From positions 928,001 through 992,000 of the forward strand of contig JBHYGA010000001.1 of NCBI GenBank assembly GCA_051859245.1: a stretch of 64,000 nt of DNA, read 5' to 3'. A program made the position numbers and the translations under genes. The notes under the pieces are model-generated. The model saw nothing but the letters and a program-made list of their open reading frames with translations. It was not told the DNA's origin and did not search any database. Below, in pieces: positions 30,821 through 40,818 of this stretch. Positions within the stretch are counted from its first letter, which is position 1, and each line of letters starts with the position of its first letter. The DNA is from Gemmatimonadaceae bacterium. GTDB lineage: Bacteria; Gemmatimonadota; Gemmatimonadetes; Gemmatimonadales; Gemmatimonadaceae.

Positions 30821-31603
30821 TTACCGCGCGCGGAACGCTGCAATCGCGTCGCGCGTGAAATCGGAGAGCACCATCGCACCACTCATCGCCGCACGTTCTG
30901 CGAGCAGCGGCTCCCATGCCTCGGTGCCGCTCCAGAACACGCGCTTGAGTTCACGCATTGCGTCAGGATTGGACGCGGCCAGTGTGCGCGACAATGCGTC
31001 CACGGCACCGTCAAGTTCGACTGTGGACTCAACCACGCGCGCGTAGAGTCCGTGACGTTCGCACCACTCCGCGTCGCGCCAGTCGGCGTCCACCGACATG
31101 GCGCTGAACGGGCCGCGTCCAACGCGTCGCTCAACAACGGTGCCCACCACAAACGGTCCGATGCCCACGGCCAACTCACTGAGGCGCGCGGCCGCCGAGC
31201 GAACCGCGATTGCGTAGTCTGATGCTGACACGATGCCCACCGCGCCGCCTGCCGCTTTGCCGTGCACCCGCGTCACCACAAACTTGGGGGCGCGAATCAT
31301 GGCCAGAATCACCCGCGAGAACCCGCTGAAAAACTCCGCGCCCTGGGCCGCGTCGCTGATCGAAGAAAACTCGTCGAAGGAAGCGCCGGCACAGAACGGC
31401 CCGCTGCCACCACTGCGCAGTACGATCACGCGGGCGTCATCGTTTTCGCCGAGCGTGGTGATGGTCTGCGCCAGTTCGCGAAGCAGCGCGCCCGGCAGCG
31501 AGTTGCCTTTGGGATGCGAAAACTCGATCGTGCCGATCCCGTCGGCGATGGAAACCGAAACCCGTCCCTCGGGCACGGAATGAAGCGGAGCGTCGTTGGC
31601 CAT
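30821..31603 (-). CDS. Enoyl-CoA hydratase/isomerase (crotonase) family protein
   Basis: FCAGAS, PK.V...VHG.A.GG..G and LSELAVGIGP; start at MANDAP, divergent from paaA. Confidence 0.88.
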   Translation of the reverse strand: MANDAPLHSVPEGRVSVSIADGIGTIEFSHPKGNSLPGALLRELAQTITTLGENDDARVIVLRSGGSGPFCAGASFDEFSSISDAAQGAEFFSGFSRVILAMIRAPKFVVTRVHGKAAGGAVGIVSASDYAIAVRSAAARLSELAVGIGPFVVGTVVERRVGRGPFSAMSVDADWRDAEWCERHGLYARVVESTVELDGAVDALSRTLAASNPDAMRELKRVFWSGTEAWEPLLAERAAMSGAMVLSDFTRDAIAAFRAR

Positions 31604-31666
31604 AGGGGGTAAGTTAGTGAGATGACACGATTGTCGAATCCCTGTTTTTTCCGGTAGATTGCAACT

Positions 31667-32632
31667 ATGGAACAGCCAACAACCGTGACCGCCGACGAGT
31701 CGGCCCTCGTCGCCGCCTTCGAGGCGCGCATCGCCGCCGGTGAAAGCATCGAGCCAAAGGATTGGATGCCCGAGCGCTACCGCCGTCAGCTCATTCGCAT
31801 GATGTCGCAGCACGCGCATTCAGAAATCGTGGGCATGTTGCCGGAAGGCAACTGGATCACGCGAGCACCGTCGCTGCGTCGCAAGATGTCGCTCATCGCG
31901 AAGGTGCAAGACGAAGCCGGCCACGGCTTGTACATCTACTGCGGTACCGAAACGCTCGGTGTTGATCGGCACGAGCTGGTGGAGCAGCTGCTCGATGGCC
32001 GTGCCAAGTACTCCAGCATCTTCAACTATCCCACGTTGTCGTGGGCGGACATGGGTGTGATCGGCTGGTTCGTGGATGGCGCGGCCATCGTGAATCAGAC
32101 CATCCTTGCCAAAGCGTCCTACGGACCGTATGCGCGCGCCATGGTGCGCATTTGCAAGGAAGAAAACTTCCACAAGCGCCAGGGCTACGAAATCTGTGCC
32201 ACGCTTGCCAACGGCACGCCCGCGCAACGCGAAATGCTGCAGGACGCGGTGAACCGTTTCTGGTGGCCCTCGCTCATGATGTTCGGTCCGAGCGATACCG
32301 ATTCACCAAACTCGGCTGAGCTGCTCAAGTGGCGAGTGAAGCGCAAAACGAATGATGAGTTGCGCCAGCGTTTTGTGAACCTCACCGTGCCGCAGGCCGC
32401 CGCGATCGGTGTGACGTTGCCGGATCCGGAGCTCCGATTCAACGCCGAAACGAACAACTGGGAGTTTGGTGAGATTGACTGGAGCGAGTTTTTCCAGGTG
32501 ATTGGCGGCAACGGGCCGTGCAACCGGGAGCGCATTGCGGCACGCCAGAAGGCGCACGATGACGGCGCGTGGGTGCGTGCCGCGGCAACGGCGCACGCTG
32601 CGAAACAGCGTCGCGATGTGCAGGCGGCGTAA
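31667..32632 (+). CDS. paaA: Phenylacetyl-CoA epoxidase subunit A
   Basis: [36 protein letters not shown] and MMFGP. Confidence 0.97.
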   Translation: MEQPTTVTADESALVAAFEARIAAGESIEPKDWMPERYRRQLIRMMSQHAHSEIVGMLPEGNWITRAPSLRRKMSLIAKVQDEAGHGLYIYCGTETLGVDRHELVEQLLDGRAKYSSIFNYPTLSWADMGVIGWFVDGAAIVNQTILAKASYGPYARAMVRICKEENFHKRQGYEICATLANGTPAQREMLQDAVNRFWWPSLMMFGPSDTDSPNSAELLKWRVKRKTNDELRQRFVNLTVPQAAAIGVTLPDPELRFNAETNNWEFGEIDWSEFFQVIGGNGPCNRERIAARQKAHDDGAWVRAAATAHAAKQRRDVQAA

Positions 32633-32952
32633 TGTCTACCAATGCGAAAGAAGCCAACGGCGTCGACACCGCTGGCCAGTGGGGCCTGTGGGAAGTGTTC
32701 ACGCAAGCCGGAAAAGGTGCACCGCATGAACACGCGGGCAGTGTGCACGCAACGGATGCCGAACACGCCATGCAGAACGCACGCGATGTGTACGCGCGTC
32801 GCGGCGAAGCCGTGAGTCTGTGGGTCGTGCCGGCCGACGCCATCATTGCGTCGGCACCGAGTGACGCGGGCCCGTTTTTTGACCCGGGCAACGATAAAGC
32901 GTATCGCCATCCACAGTTTTACAAGGTGCCGCGCGGCGTGCGCGTCTTCTGA
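32632..32952 (+). CDS. paaB: Phenylacetyl-CoA epoxidase subunit B
   Basis: WEVF, H.H.GSVHA, ARDVYARR, SLWVV and DKAYRHPQFY; TAATG overlap with paaA. Confidence 0.95.
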   Translation: MSTNAKEANGVDTAGQWGLWEVFTQAGKGAPHEHAGSVHATDAEHAMQNARDVYARRGEAVSLWVVPADAIIASAPSDAGPFFDPGNDKAYRHPQFYKVPRGVRVF

Positions 32953-33791
32953 TGTCGGCGCATGAAGAAGAGGGTGGCATAGCCGCCGGAAGTGCATCGG
33001 CCGTCACGATCAACGTGGCCGGAACGCGCGGGCCATCGTTCGGGCCACCCGTCGTTGAATATCTGCTGCGACTCGGTGATGATCGGCTGGTACTCGGACA
33101 TCGTTTGTCCGAATGGACCGGTCACGGCCCGATTCTCGAAGAAGACATTGCGCTGTCGAACATGGCGCTCGATCTCGTGGGCCAGGCCAACATGTTTCTC
33201 GGGCTGGCTGGTGAACTTGAAGGCAAAGGCCGTGACGCCGACGCACTCGCATTCTTTCGTGAGGGCGTGCAGTATCGCAACGCACTGATCGTTGAGTTGC
33301 CGCGTGGCGACTTTGGCTTCACCATGATGCGCCAGTTTTTGTTCGACGTGTACAGTGTGTTGTTGCTGGATGCACTGTCGTCGTGCGCACACGAGCAGCT
33401 CGCCGCCATTGCCGCCAAGTCACTCAAGGAGTGCAAGTACCATCTGCGCCACAGCAGCGAGTGGGTCGTACGACTCGGCGATGGCACAGAGGAGAGTCAC
33501 ACGCGCGTGCAGCAGTCGCTGAACGAGTTGTGGCGTTACACCGGCGAACTGTTCGTGCACGACGAAATTGATACAGCCGCTGCGGCCCTCGGTATCAATG
33601 TTGATGCGGGTGCGTTGCAGTCACGCTGGGACAGCATGGTGCAGGATGTGTTGCAGCGCGCCACGTTGTCCGCACCAAGCGGTGTGGTGATGAGCCTGGG
33701 TGGTCGGCGTGGTCGCCATACCGAGCACCTTGGTCACATGCTCTCTGTCATGCAGAGTGTGGCCCGGGCGCACCCCGGCGCAACCTGGTAG
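32952..33791 (+). CDS. paaC: Phenylacetyl-CoA epoxidase subunit C
   Basis: LGDD.LVLGHRLSEW.GHGP.LEEDIA, RLGDGTEES, GRHTEHLG and HPGATW. Confidence 0.96.
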   Translation: MSAHEEEGGIAAGSASAVTINVAGTRGPSFGPPVVEYLLRLGDDRLVLGHRLSEWTGHGPILEEDIALSNMALDLVGQANMFLGLAGELEGKGRDADALAFFREGVQYRNALIVELPRGDFGFTMMRQFLFDVYSVLLLDALSSCAHEQLAAIAAKSLKECKYHLRHSSEWVVRLGDGTEESHTRVQQSLNELWRYTGELFVHDEIDTAAAALGINVDAGALQSRWDSMVQDVLQRATLSAPSGVVMSLGGRRGRHTEHLGHMLSVMQSVARAHPGATW

Positions 33792-33796
33792 CGCAC

Positions 33797-34288
33797 ATGT
33801 CGCTGACGTCCGAGGCCGTCTACGAAGTGCTGCGCACGGTGATGGATCCCGAGGTGCCGGTGATCAGCGTTGTGGAGCTCGGCATCATTCGCGACGTGCA
33901 AGTGCACGGCAACACAGTGCAAGTCACGGTGACGCCCACATACTCCGGCTGTCCGGCAATGCACGAAATCGAAGCCGATATTCGGAGCGCACTGCTGAAA
34001 GCCGGAGCGGGCGACATTAACGTGATCACCACGTTCGCACCGGCCTGGACCACCGACTGGATCGGGCCGGAGGCGCGCGAAAAGTTGCGCGCTTATGGCA
34101 TTGCACCACCGGGGCGCGCCGAGCAGGGAGGGTTGATCACCCTCACCCGTCGGCGCGATCCGGTGCAGTGTCCGTTTTGTGCTTCGCGCGATACGCGATT
34201 GCAGAGCGAGTTCGGATCAACGGCCTGCAAGGCGATTCACGTGTGCAACAGCTGCCGGCAGCCGTTTGACGAGTTCAAAGCCATCTGA
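33797..34288 (+). CDS. paaD: Phenylacetyl-CoA epoxidase maturation subunit D
   Basis: DPEVPV.SVVELG, PTYSGCPA, WTTDW, CPFC and FGSTACKA..C..C..PF. Confidence 0.95.
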   Translation: MSLTSEAVYEVLRTVMDPEVPVISVVELGIIRDVQVHGNTVQVTVTPTYSGCPAMHEIEADIRSALLKAGAGDINVITTFAPAWTTDWIGPEAREKLRAYGIAPPGRAEQGGLITLTRRRDPVQCPFCASRDTRLQSEFGSTACKAIHVCNSCRQPFDEFKAI

Positions 34289-34292
34289 ACCG

Positions 34293-35726
34293 TCAGACTT
34301 GCTGTGTTTTCCATGAGCCGCGTCGGAATAACACGGCGCTCACCAAAGCCAACACAGCATACGCGATCGGCACGGCAATAAAGACGCCGCGCTCCTTCAT
34401 TCCGAGTGTTTCTGCCAGCAACCACGCAAGCGGAATCTGGACCACCCAGAAACAGAAGAAGTTGATCCAGGTTGGTGTGCGGGTGTTGCCGGCACCGTTA
34501 AAAGATTGCTCGAACACCATACCCAGCGCGTACACCGGGAAGCCGAGACCAATCACGCGCAAGCCAAACTGCGCCACACGCGCCACGTCTTCGGAATCCG
34601 TAAACAAACGCACGAGCCATGGTGCGAAGATCAGAAACAACGCACCAATACTGCCGAGCACAATCACATTGAGTTTCACCGCCGTCCACACACTGCGTTC
34701 CGCGCGGTCGGGAAGCTTGGCGCCCAACGATTGCCCAACCATCGTTGCTGCCGCAGCGCCAATTCCAAACGCCGGCATGAGTGCGAACAGGATGATGCGA
34801 ATGGAAATCGTGTAGCCCGCCAACGCCGTACTGCCAAAACTTGAAACGATGCGCACGAGTGCGATCCAGCTCATTGAGCTGAGCGCTACCTGCACCGTAC
34901 CCCAGCCCGAAAGCTGGGCAATGCTCCACATCGTTTTGGGTTCGATCGCGAGATGTTGGCGGCGCACAGCGAGATGTCCTGTACCGCGCGTGAGCAACAG
35001 GAGTGCATACGCGAGACCAACACCGCGCCCGATCGTCGTCGCAATCGCGGCACCGGTGAGACCTAGTTCAGGAAATGGTCCGAGACCAAAGATGAGTGCT
35101 GGATCGAGCACACAGTTGATGCCGTTGCCCAGGATCAGCACGCGCATCGCCACCGCGGCATCGCCTGCGCCTCGGAAGACGGCGTTCACGAGAAACAGCA
35201 GAAATGCCGTGGCGCTACCGCCAAGCGTCACGCGCGCGTACATCGTGCCCTGGCTGAGTACGGCGTTGTCTGCGCCCATCAGCGTGAGCAGTTCAGGTGC
35301 CCAGATGGCGCCAACAATGCACAGCACCGTGGACAATCCCAGACCGAGTAGCAACACCTGAACAGCCGCGCGGGCCGCACTGTCGCCGTCTTTTTCGCCG
35401 ATACGACGTGCAACGGTTGCAGATGCACCGATACTCAGGCCGAACGCGATCGTGTAGATCACGATCATCAATGATTCGGTAAGGCCCACCGTCGCCACCG
35501 CAGCAGCGCCAAGTCGACCCACAAAAAACACATCGACCACGGCGAAGATGCTTTCCATCGACATCTCGATCACCATGGGCAGCGCGAGCAACAGAATCGC
35601 GCGGCCAATCGTGCCGCTGGTGTAGTCGTGGGAAGTGCCGCGTAATGCGTCGCGAACGTCGCGCCAGAAGCCCGCGTCTTCGCGGTTCGATGGATCAGGC
35701 ACGGTGGACTCGAGAGAAGTATGCAA
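34293..35726 (-). CDS. MATE-family efflux transporter
   Basis: LALPM, VD.FFVG.LG, FRGAGD, LDP.LIFG.GPFPELG..GAAIAT, FNGAGNT and about 12 TM segments; TTG start with GAGG upstream. Confidence 0.92.
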   Translation of the reverse strand: MHTSLESTVPDPSNREDAGFWRDVRDALRGTSHDYTSGTIGRAILLLALPMVIEMSMESIFAVVDVFFVGRLGAAAVATVGLTESLMIVIYTIAFGLSIGASATVARRIGEKDGDSAARAAVQVLLLGLGLSTVLCIVGAIWAPELLTLMGADNAVLSQGTMYARVTLGGSATAFLLFLVNAVFRGAGDAAVAMRVLILGNGINCVLDPALIFGLGPFPELGLTGAAIATTIGRGVGLAYALLLLTRGTGHLAVRRQHLAIEPKTMWSIAQLSGWGTVQVALSSMSWIALVRIVSSFGSTALAGYTISIRIILFALMPAFGIGAAAATMVGQSLGAKLPDRAERSVWTAVKLNVIVLGSIGALFLIFAPWLVRLFTDSEDVARVAQFGLRVIGLGFPVYALGMVFEQSFNGAGNTRTPTWINFFCFWVVQIPLAWLLAETLGMKERGVFIAVPIAYAVLALVSAVLFRRGSWKTQQV

Positions 35727-35747
35727 GGGAGAACCTCAAAGGATCAC

Positions 35748-35790
35748 AAATGAAAATGCCCCGCCTGTTCGTAGTCGAAGCAGGGGGGGC
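35748..35790 (-). terminator. Intrinsic terminator in the 5' leader of the MATE gene (attenuator 3:4 hairpin)
   Basis: RNA GCCCCCCCUGCUUCG-ACUA-CGAACAGGCGGGGC followed by AUUUUCAUUU, ending about 20 nt before the MATE start. Confidence 0.7.
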
Positions 35791-35826
35791 GATTTGATCC
35801 TCGAGACGCAGCCGTGTGTGGCTCGC

Positions 35827-35946
35827 CTACCAGAGGTGCCCTGCTTCGAGATGCCATGCACTGCACATCGCCGTGGCTACCGAGCGGTAGCGCACAGCCC
35901 GGTGCGACCGGGCGGCGAGGGTAGTGCTGCGAAGCAGGAAGTCCAT
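35827..35946 (-). CDS. Putative 39-aa leader peptide MDFLLRSTTLAARSHRAVRYRSVATAMCSAWHLEAGHLW
   Basis: Open frame overlapping attenuator segments 1 and 2; an alternative in-frame ATG lies at 36003. Confidence 0.45.
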   Translation of the reverse strand: MDFLLRSTTLAARSHRAVRYRSVATAMCSAWHLEAGHLW

Positions 35947-36030
35947 AGAACAAATACCGGAAGTAGCGAAGAACGGTTGAGGCAGAATAGTACGGCGAGC
36001 CATCGCGCAAGGCAATCGCCTATTTGTGGG

Positions 36031-36606
36031 TCACCTGACCCGGTACGAGGCGCGGTCAACGGCTTCCTGTCGACGCAGTGCCTCGCGCCAGTCAACCGTG
36101 GGGGCGACGCCCTGATCATCAAGCGACAAACTCGCCAAGGCGCGCTCAACAACGGGAGCACCGAGCTCAGCTGGTAGTGCGTAGCCGAACGCCAATTCGG
36201 CGCGTCGACAGAGTCGTTCCTCACGTGCAGAATCACGACCAGTCCGCGCTACACCCATCGCGTGTACGCGCGCGTGCACCCCTTCGTGCAAAATTGAACT
36301 CGCGACCGGCGCCGCGCTGATGTCTCGCCGCGCCAGAAATGTGAGTTCGGTAATGATCACCTGCTCATCGGGAATAAACGCACCGCGACATGCGAATCGC
36401 TCTACGCGAATGGCGCGCACATCGCGGGAGAGATGGCGCAAACGCCAAGGTTGATGCGTCTCGATGAGATCAAGGGCCTCGTGCAGTCGAGCGAGCGCAT
36501 CAGTTGTGCGGATATCGGCGCGCGTATTGAGCACCTCCACATTGATTCCGTGCGAGCTGACAAAGTGTTGCCATTCGGCCTTCTCGCTTCCGAAGTCGTC
36601 AGACAT
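36031..36606 (-). CDS. Hypothetical protein with a zincin-like HExxH motif
   Basis: ILHEGVH followed by REE; overlaps the E1 gene end by 8 nt. Confidence 0.7.
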   Translation of the reverse strand: MSDDFGSEKAEWQHFVSSHGINVEVLNTRADIRTTDALARLHEALDLIETHQPWRLRHLSRDVRAIRVERFACRGAFIPDEQVIITELTFLARRDISAAPVASSILHEGVHARVHAMGVARTGRDSAREERLCRRAELAFGYALPAELGAPVVERALASLSLDDQGVAPTVDWREALRRQEAVDRASYRVR

Positions 36607-38746
36607 GCAGTAACTCGCGAATCGCCCCGCCGATTTCGCTTACGCCCGGGAGCACCGCCGCCAGCAATACTTCGTGGTAGGGCATGGGAATGTCCTTGGG
36701 TGCGAGTCGCTGCACCGGTGCATCAAGAAACCAGAAGCCCTCCTGCGCAATCGTGGCGGCGATTTCTGCACCAAAGCCAGCCGTCAGATTGTCCTCGTGG
36801 ACAATCAGGCAACGGCCGGTCTTCTTGACGCTGGCGAGCACAGCGGCACGATCCCACGGCGCGATCGTGCGCAGGTCAATGACTTCAACGCGCTCGCCAA
36901 ACTGTTCCGCCGCCTCACGGCACCGGTGCACCATCGCACCCCATGACACGAGGGTCAAGTCCGTGCCCTCGCGCACGATGCGCGCACGACCGAGCGGCAG
37001 CACATAGTCATCACCCGGATAGCGGGCGCTGCCTTCGCCCGTCATGAGCAGCGATCGATGCTCAAAAAAGATCGTCGGGTTCGGACTGCGCATCGCGGCG
37101 CGCAGCAATCCCACGGCGTCGGCCGCGTTGGACGGCATCACGACCTGCCAGCCGTACGCGTGCGCGAATCGCACCTCGTCACTCAGACTGTGCCACGGAT
37201 CGCCCACGTCCTTTCCAAAGCCTCCCGGCATGCGCACGACCATGGGCGCGGCAAAGCGATTCGCGGTGCGCCAGCGCATGGTGCCGGTGTTGTTCAACTG
37301 CTCGGTGGCCGGATCGGCGTACTTGCGAAACTGAATCTCTGCGACTGGCATGAGGCCGGCGATCGCCATGCCAGACGCGCGCCCCACAATGCCTTCTTCC
37401 GACAAGCTCGTGTCGAACACGCGCGCCGTGCCGAACTGTTTTTGCAGCCCCTCGGTGACAAGGTGTACGCCACCTTTTTTGCCCACATCTTCGCCGAACA
37501 CCACAACCTTCGGGTTCACCGCCAGTTCGTGGCGCAGCGTGCGTCTGATGGCTTCCGGAAAGCGGAGCAGTTCGCCGTCTTCCACCGCTTCATCGGAACC
37601 ACCAAGTGCCGCACGTTCAGCACGCGACAGTCCGCCAAGCGCTTCCGGCGCGTTGTCACTCTCGTCGGCGTACACGTACTGTGCAATGCGTGATGCATCC
37701 GGAATCGCGCGTGCTCGCGCTGCGTCCAGTGCGATATGCACATCGTGATGCACTTCGGCCTCAAGCGCGGACCATTCCGTTTCCGAAAGCAGCGCCGGTA
37801 CCAGATAGGCACGCAAGTTTGGCAACGGATCTCGCGCCTGATCGGCCGAAATTTCGGCGTCCGACCGGTAGCCTTTTTGATTGTCCGGCCCGGAGTGACT
37901 CGAGAGACGCGGTACCGTGAGGCGAACCAGCGCGGGCCCGGCGCCGCCACGCACATGCTCCACACATTCCGTGAGCAGGTGCCCGGATTCGTGCGGATCA
38001 GAACCATTGCCGTCGCGCACCAAGAGATTGCCGAACGACGCAAGATTACGCGCGATGTTCGCGCCCGGCGTCTGCATGTCACCGGAGACTGAGATGCCGA
38101 GATTGTTGTCTTCGATGTAGAAGAGCATTGGCAACTTGAGCGTCGTCGCCATGGTGAGCGCGGCCCAGAAACCACTCGTGGCCACCGACGCATCGCCGCC
38201 AAGCGCAACGCCGATCGCGCCGTCCCAGCCGTCTTCTTTCAGCGTGTCACGGTAGTACTGCACCGACTGCGCCCAGCCGGCCACCGGCGTGTACTGGGAG
38301 CCCACGTCGCCCGACATCGGGAGCACCACGGGGCCGTTCCGATTCGGCAGATTGCACACCACACCGATATCGCGTCCATCAGAAAACCCGCCCGCGCGCC
38401 CGAGCGGACTGCCGAGTGCGTCGTCGAGCGGCAAGCCAAGCGCCAGCAGGAACGGACGCGAGCGGTAGTAGGCGCCGGCCGCGTCGTGTCGCGCGTTGAT
38501 GAGCGAACCGAGAATTGTCTGGGCCACATCGTGTCCTCGCGATGAGAACTGGTACAGCACCACGTGTTCCTTGGGCACCTTCGCGCGGTCGCGGTTGGTC
38601 GCCTCCTCAATGTCGTCGAGCAGGCGTGAGGCCAGCGCGTTTCGGGCGACCTCGCGCCACGGGATGCCCGGCACGAGCCCGGATGCGGTGTGGCCGTCGG
38701 AACGTGCCTTGGCCGGCGTGCGACTGGAGCGAGCAGTGTGTGCCAT
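36599..38746 (-). CDS. Fused 2-oxoacid dehydrogenase E1 alpha/beta (branched-chain type)
   Basis: TPP motif GDAS...NN, SHSGPD, beta-part GEDVG..GGV, DTSLSE, EIQF, HS, FFEH, IDLRTI.PWD and VHED. Confidence 0.92.
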   Translation of the reverse strand: MAHTARSSRTPAKARSDGHTASGLVPGIPWREVARNALASRLLDDIEEATNRDRAKVPKEHVVLYQFSSRGHDVAQTILGSLINARHDAAGAYYRSRPFLLALGLPLDDALGSPLGRAGGFSDGRDIGVVCNLPNRNGPVVLPMSGDVGSQYTPVAGWAQSVQYYRDTLKEDGWDGAIGVALGGDASVATSGFWAALTMATTLKLPMLFYIEDNNLGISVSGDMQTPGANIARNLASFGNLLVRDGNGSDPHESGHLLTECVEHVRGGAGPALVRLTVPRLSSHSGPDNQKGYRSDAEISADQARDPLPNLRAYLVPALLSETEWSALEAEVHHDVHIALDAARARAIPDASRIAQYVYADESDNAPEALGGLSRAERAALGGSDEAVEDGELLRFPEAIRRTLRHELAVNPKVVVFGEDVGKKGGVHLVTEGLQKQFGTARVFDTSLSEEGIVGRASGMAIAGLMPVAEIQFRKYADPATEQLNNTGTMRWRTANRFAAPMVVRMPGGFGKDVGDPWHSLSDEVRFAHAYGWQVVMPSNAADAVGLLRAAMRSPNPTIFFEHRSLLMTGEGSARYPGDDYVLPLGRARIVREGTDLTLVSWGAMVHRCREAAEQFGERVEVIDLRTIAPWDRAAVLASVKKTGRCLIVHEDNLTAGFGAEIAATIAQEGFWFLDAPVQRLAPKDIPMPYHEVLLAAVLPGVSEIGGAIRELLHV

Positions 38747-38833
38747 GAGCAGTAGAGCGGGGAACGGCGGCCCGTCGTGCGAATGCGCAACGAACGGGAG
38801 GCGTGAGGCGGTAGCACCTCGTATCTTGATAAG

Positions 38834-39625
38834 ATGACCTACCAGTTCATCATCGCGGGAGTGGCGGACGGTGTTCTGTCCATCACGCTCAACCGTCCGG
38901 ATGTGCTTAACAGCTTTACCCGGGCCATGGCGCGTGAGGTGCAACACGCGCTGCAGCACGCCACAAACGAGCCGGACATCAGGGCGGTCTTACTCACGGG
39001 AGCCGGCCGCGGCTTCTGTGCCGGCCAGGATCTCTCGGAAGTGCTCCCCGAGGGCGACGGCCCCATGCCCGATATCAGCGAGATCGTGCGGGAGAGCTAC
39101 AACCCCATCATTCTCGCGATTCGCACGCTCGAGAAGCCGGTGATTTGCGCGGTGAATGGGGTCGCCGCGGGCGCCGGCGCGAATCTGGCCTTTGCCTGCG
39201 ACCTCACGATTGCCGCAGAAGAGGCGGTCTTTGTGGAGAGCTTCGCCAAGCTCGGGCTCATTCCGGATACCAGTGGCACGTTCTTTGTCCCGCGCCTCGT
39301 GGGCATGCAGCGCGCCACCGGCATGTTCTTTCTGGGCGAAAAGATGACCGCCGCGAAAGCCAAAGAGTGGGGGCTCATCTGGGACGTCGTTCCGCACGCG
39401 CTATTGCACGACACGGCGCTGGAAATGGCGCGGATGCTGGCCACGCAGGCCACGCGCGGCTTCGGACTCACCAAGCGCGCCCTGAACGCGTCGTTCACCA
39501 ACACGCTGTCTGATCAGCTCGCCGTGGAAGCGGAATGCATGCAGCAGGCCGGTCGCACCGACGACTACGCCGAAGGTGTGCGCGCATTTCTTGCCAAACG
39601 CAAACCGGTGTATCGCGGCACATGA
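38834..39625 (+). CDS. paaG: 1,2-epoxyphenylacetyl-CoA isomerase (crotonase fold)
   Basis: LNRPDVLNSF, GRGFCAGQDL, YNP, NGVAAGAGANLA and LIPD; first gene of the paaG-H-J-Y-Z run. Confidence 0.9.
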   Translation: MTYQFIIAGVADGVLSITLNRPDVLNSFTRAMAREVQHALQHATNEPDIRAVLLTGAGRGFCAGQDLSEVLPEGDGPMPDISEIVRESYNPIILAIRTLEKPVICAVNGVAAGAGANLAFACDLTIAAEEAVFVESFAKLGLIPDTSGTFFVPRLVGMQRATGMFFLGEKMTAAKAKEWGLIWDVVPHALLHDTALEMARMLATQATRGFGLTKRALNASFTNTLSDQLAVEAECMQQAGRTDDYAEGVRAFLAKRKPVYRGT

Positions 39626-40818
39626 CCGTGGCATTCACTGCTCAAGACGTGATCGGTGTGGTTGGTGCCGGCGCGATGGGCGCGGGCATTGCGCAAGTCG
39701 CTGCGCAAGCCGGACATCGCGTGGTGTTGGCTGATGCACAGTCGGCGTCCATCGCTCGCGCACGTGCGGGACACGTCAAGGCGATGGCGCGCGACGTGGA
39801 GAAGGGCAAACGAACGCGCGATGACGCCGACGCGGTGCTCTCGCGCATGCACTATGTGGAGGGAACGGATCTCTCCGCGTTCGCTGAGTGTTCGCTGGTG
39901 ATCGAAGCGGTGATTGAAGATCTCGCGATCAAACGCGCACTCTTCGCGCAGCTTGAACAGGTGGTTGCACCCACTGCGGTGCTGGCGAGCAACACCTCGT
40001 CGTTGTCGATCGCGGCGATTGCCGGCGCCTGCACACACAGTGGCCGGGTGATCGGCATTCACTTTTTTAATCCGGCGCCGATCATGCCGCTGGTTGAGAT
40101 CGTGCCAACGCTCACAACCGAGCACCCGCTGGCCGACCACGTGCAGCACCTCGTTGACGCGTGGGGAAAAACAACGGTGCGCGCGGCCGATACACCCGGC
40201 TTCATCGTGAATCGTATTGCGCGGCCGTTCTACGGCGAATCGCTGCGTTTGCACGAAGAGGGCGTGGCGGATTGTGCAACGATTGACTGGGCGATGCGCG
40301 AGATTGGCGGATTCCGCATGGGACCGTTCGAGCTCATGGACTTTATTGGCAACGACGTGAACTACGCGGTCACCTGCTCCGTGTTCGAAGCCATGTCGTA
40401 CGATCCACGCTACAAGCCGGCAATCCAGCAGCGGCGTCTCGTTGAAGCCGGGTGGCTTGGTCGGAAAACGGGACGAGGCTACTACGACTACCGCGATGGA
40501 TCCGAAATGCCGGCGCCACACACCGATCGCGCGCTTGGCGAACGCATTGTTGCTCGTGTGCTCGCCATGCTGGTGAATGAGGCGGTCGACGCAGTGCATC
40601 TGCGTGTCGCGTCGGCGCAGGACATCGAACTGGCCATGACGCGTGGTGTGAACTATCCGCGCGGTCTGCTTGCGTGGGGCGACCAGATTGGCGCCGCGCA
40701 GGTGCTCTCCCAGCTCGACGCGCTGCACACCGAGTACGGTGAAGACCGCTATCGCCCCAGTGTTCGTTTGCGACGTGCGGTTGCAAGCGGAACGTCTCTC
40801 CTGGAACCCATCGCATGA
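39622..40818 (+). CDS. paaH: 3-hydroxyadipyl-CoA dehydrogenase
   Basis: GAGAMGAGIA, SNTSSLSI, HFFNPAP, GFIVNR and MGPFEL; ATGA overlap with paaG. Confidence 0.9.
   Translation: MTVAFTAQDVIGVVGAGAMGAGIAQVAAQAGHRVVLADAQSASIARARAGHVKAMARDVEKGKRTRDDADAVLSRMHYVEGTDLSAFAECSLVIEAVIEDLAIKRALFAQLEQVVAPTAVLASNTSSLSIAAIAGACTHSGRVIGIHFFNPAPIMPLVEIVPTLTTEHPLADHVQHLVDAWGKTTVRAADTPGFIVNRIARPFYGESLRLHEEGVADCATIDWAMREIGGFRMGPFELMDFIGNDVNYAVTCSVFEAMSYDPRYKPAIQQRRLVEAGWLGRKTGRGYYDYRDGSEMPAPHTDRALGERIVARVLAMLVNEAVDAVHLRVASAQDIELAMTRGVNYPRGLLAWGDQIGAAQVLSQLDALHTEYGEDRYRPSVRLRRAVASGTSLLEPIA

Noticed and set aside
31620..31645. PaaX/PaaR operator between the crotonase gene and paaA (gaca-cgat-tgtc)
   Set aside because: Only 4-bp arms, not repeated upstream of paaG, and no cognate regulator in the window.
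35744..36010. 88-aa Tyr/Phe-rich ORF as the MATE leader peptide
   Set aside because: It has a TTG start without an RBS and runs through the terminator; the frame ending at 35827 fits the attenuator geometry better. Not fully excluded.
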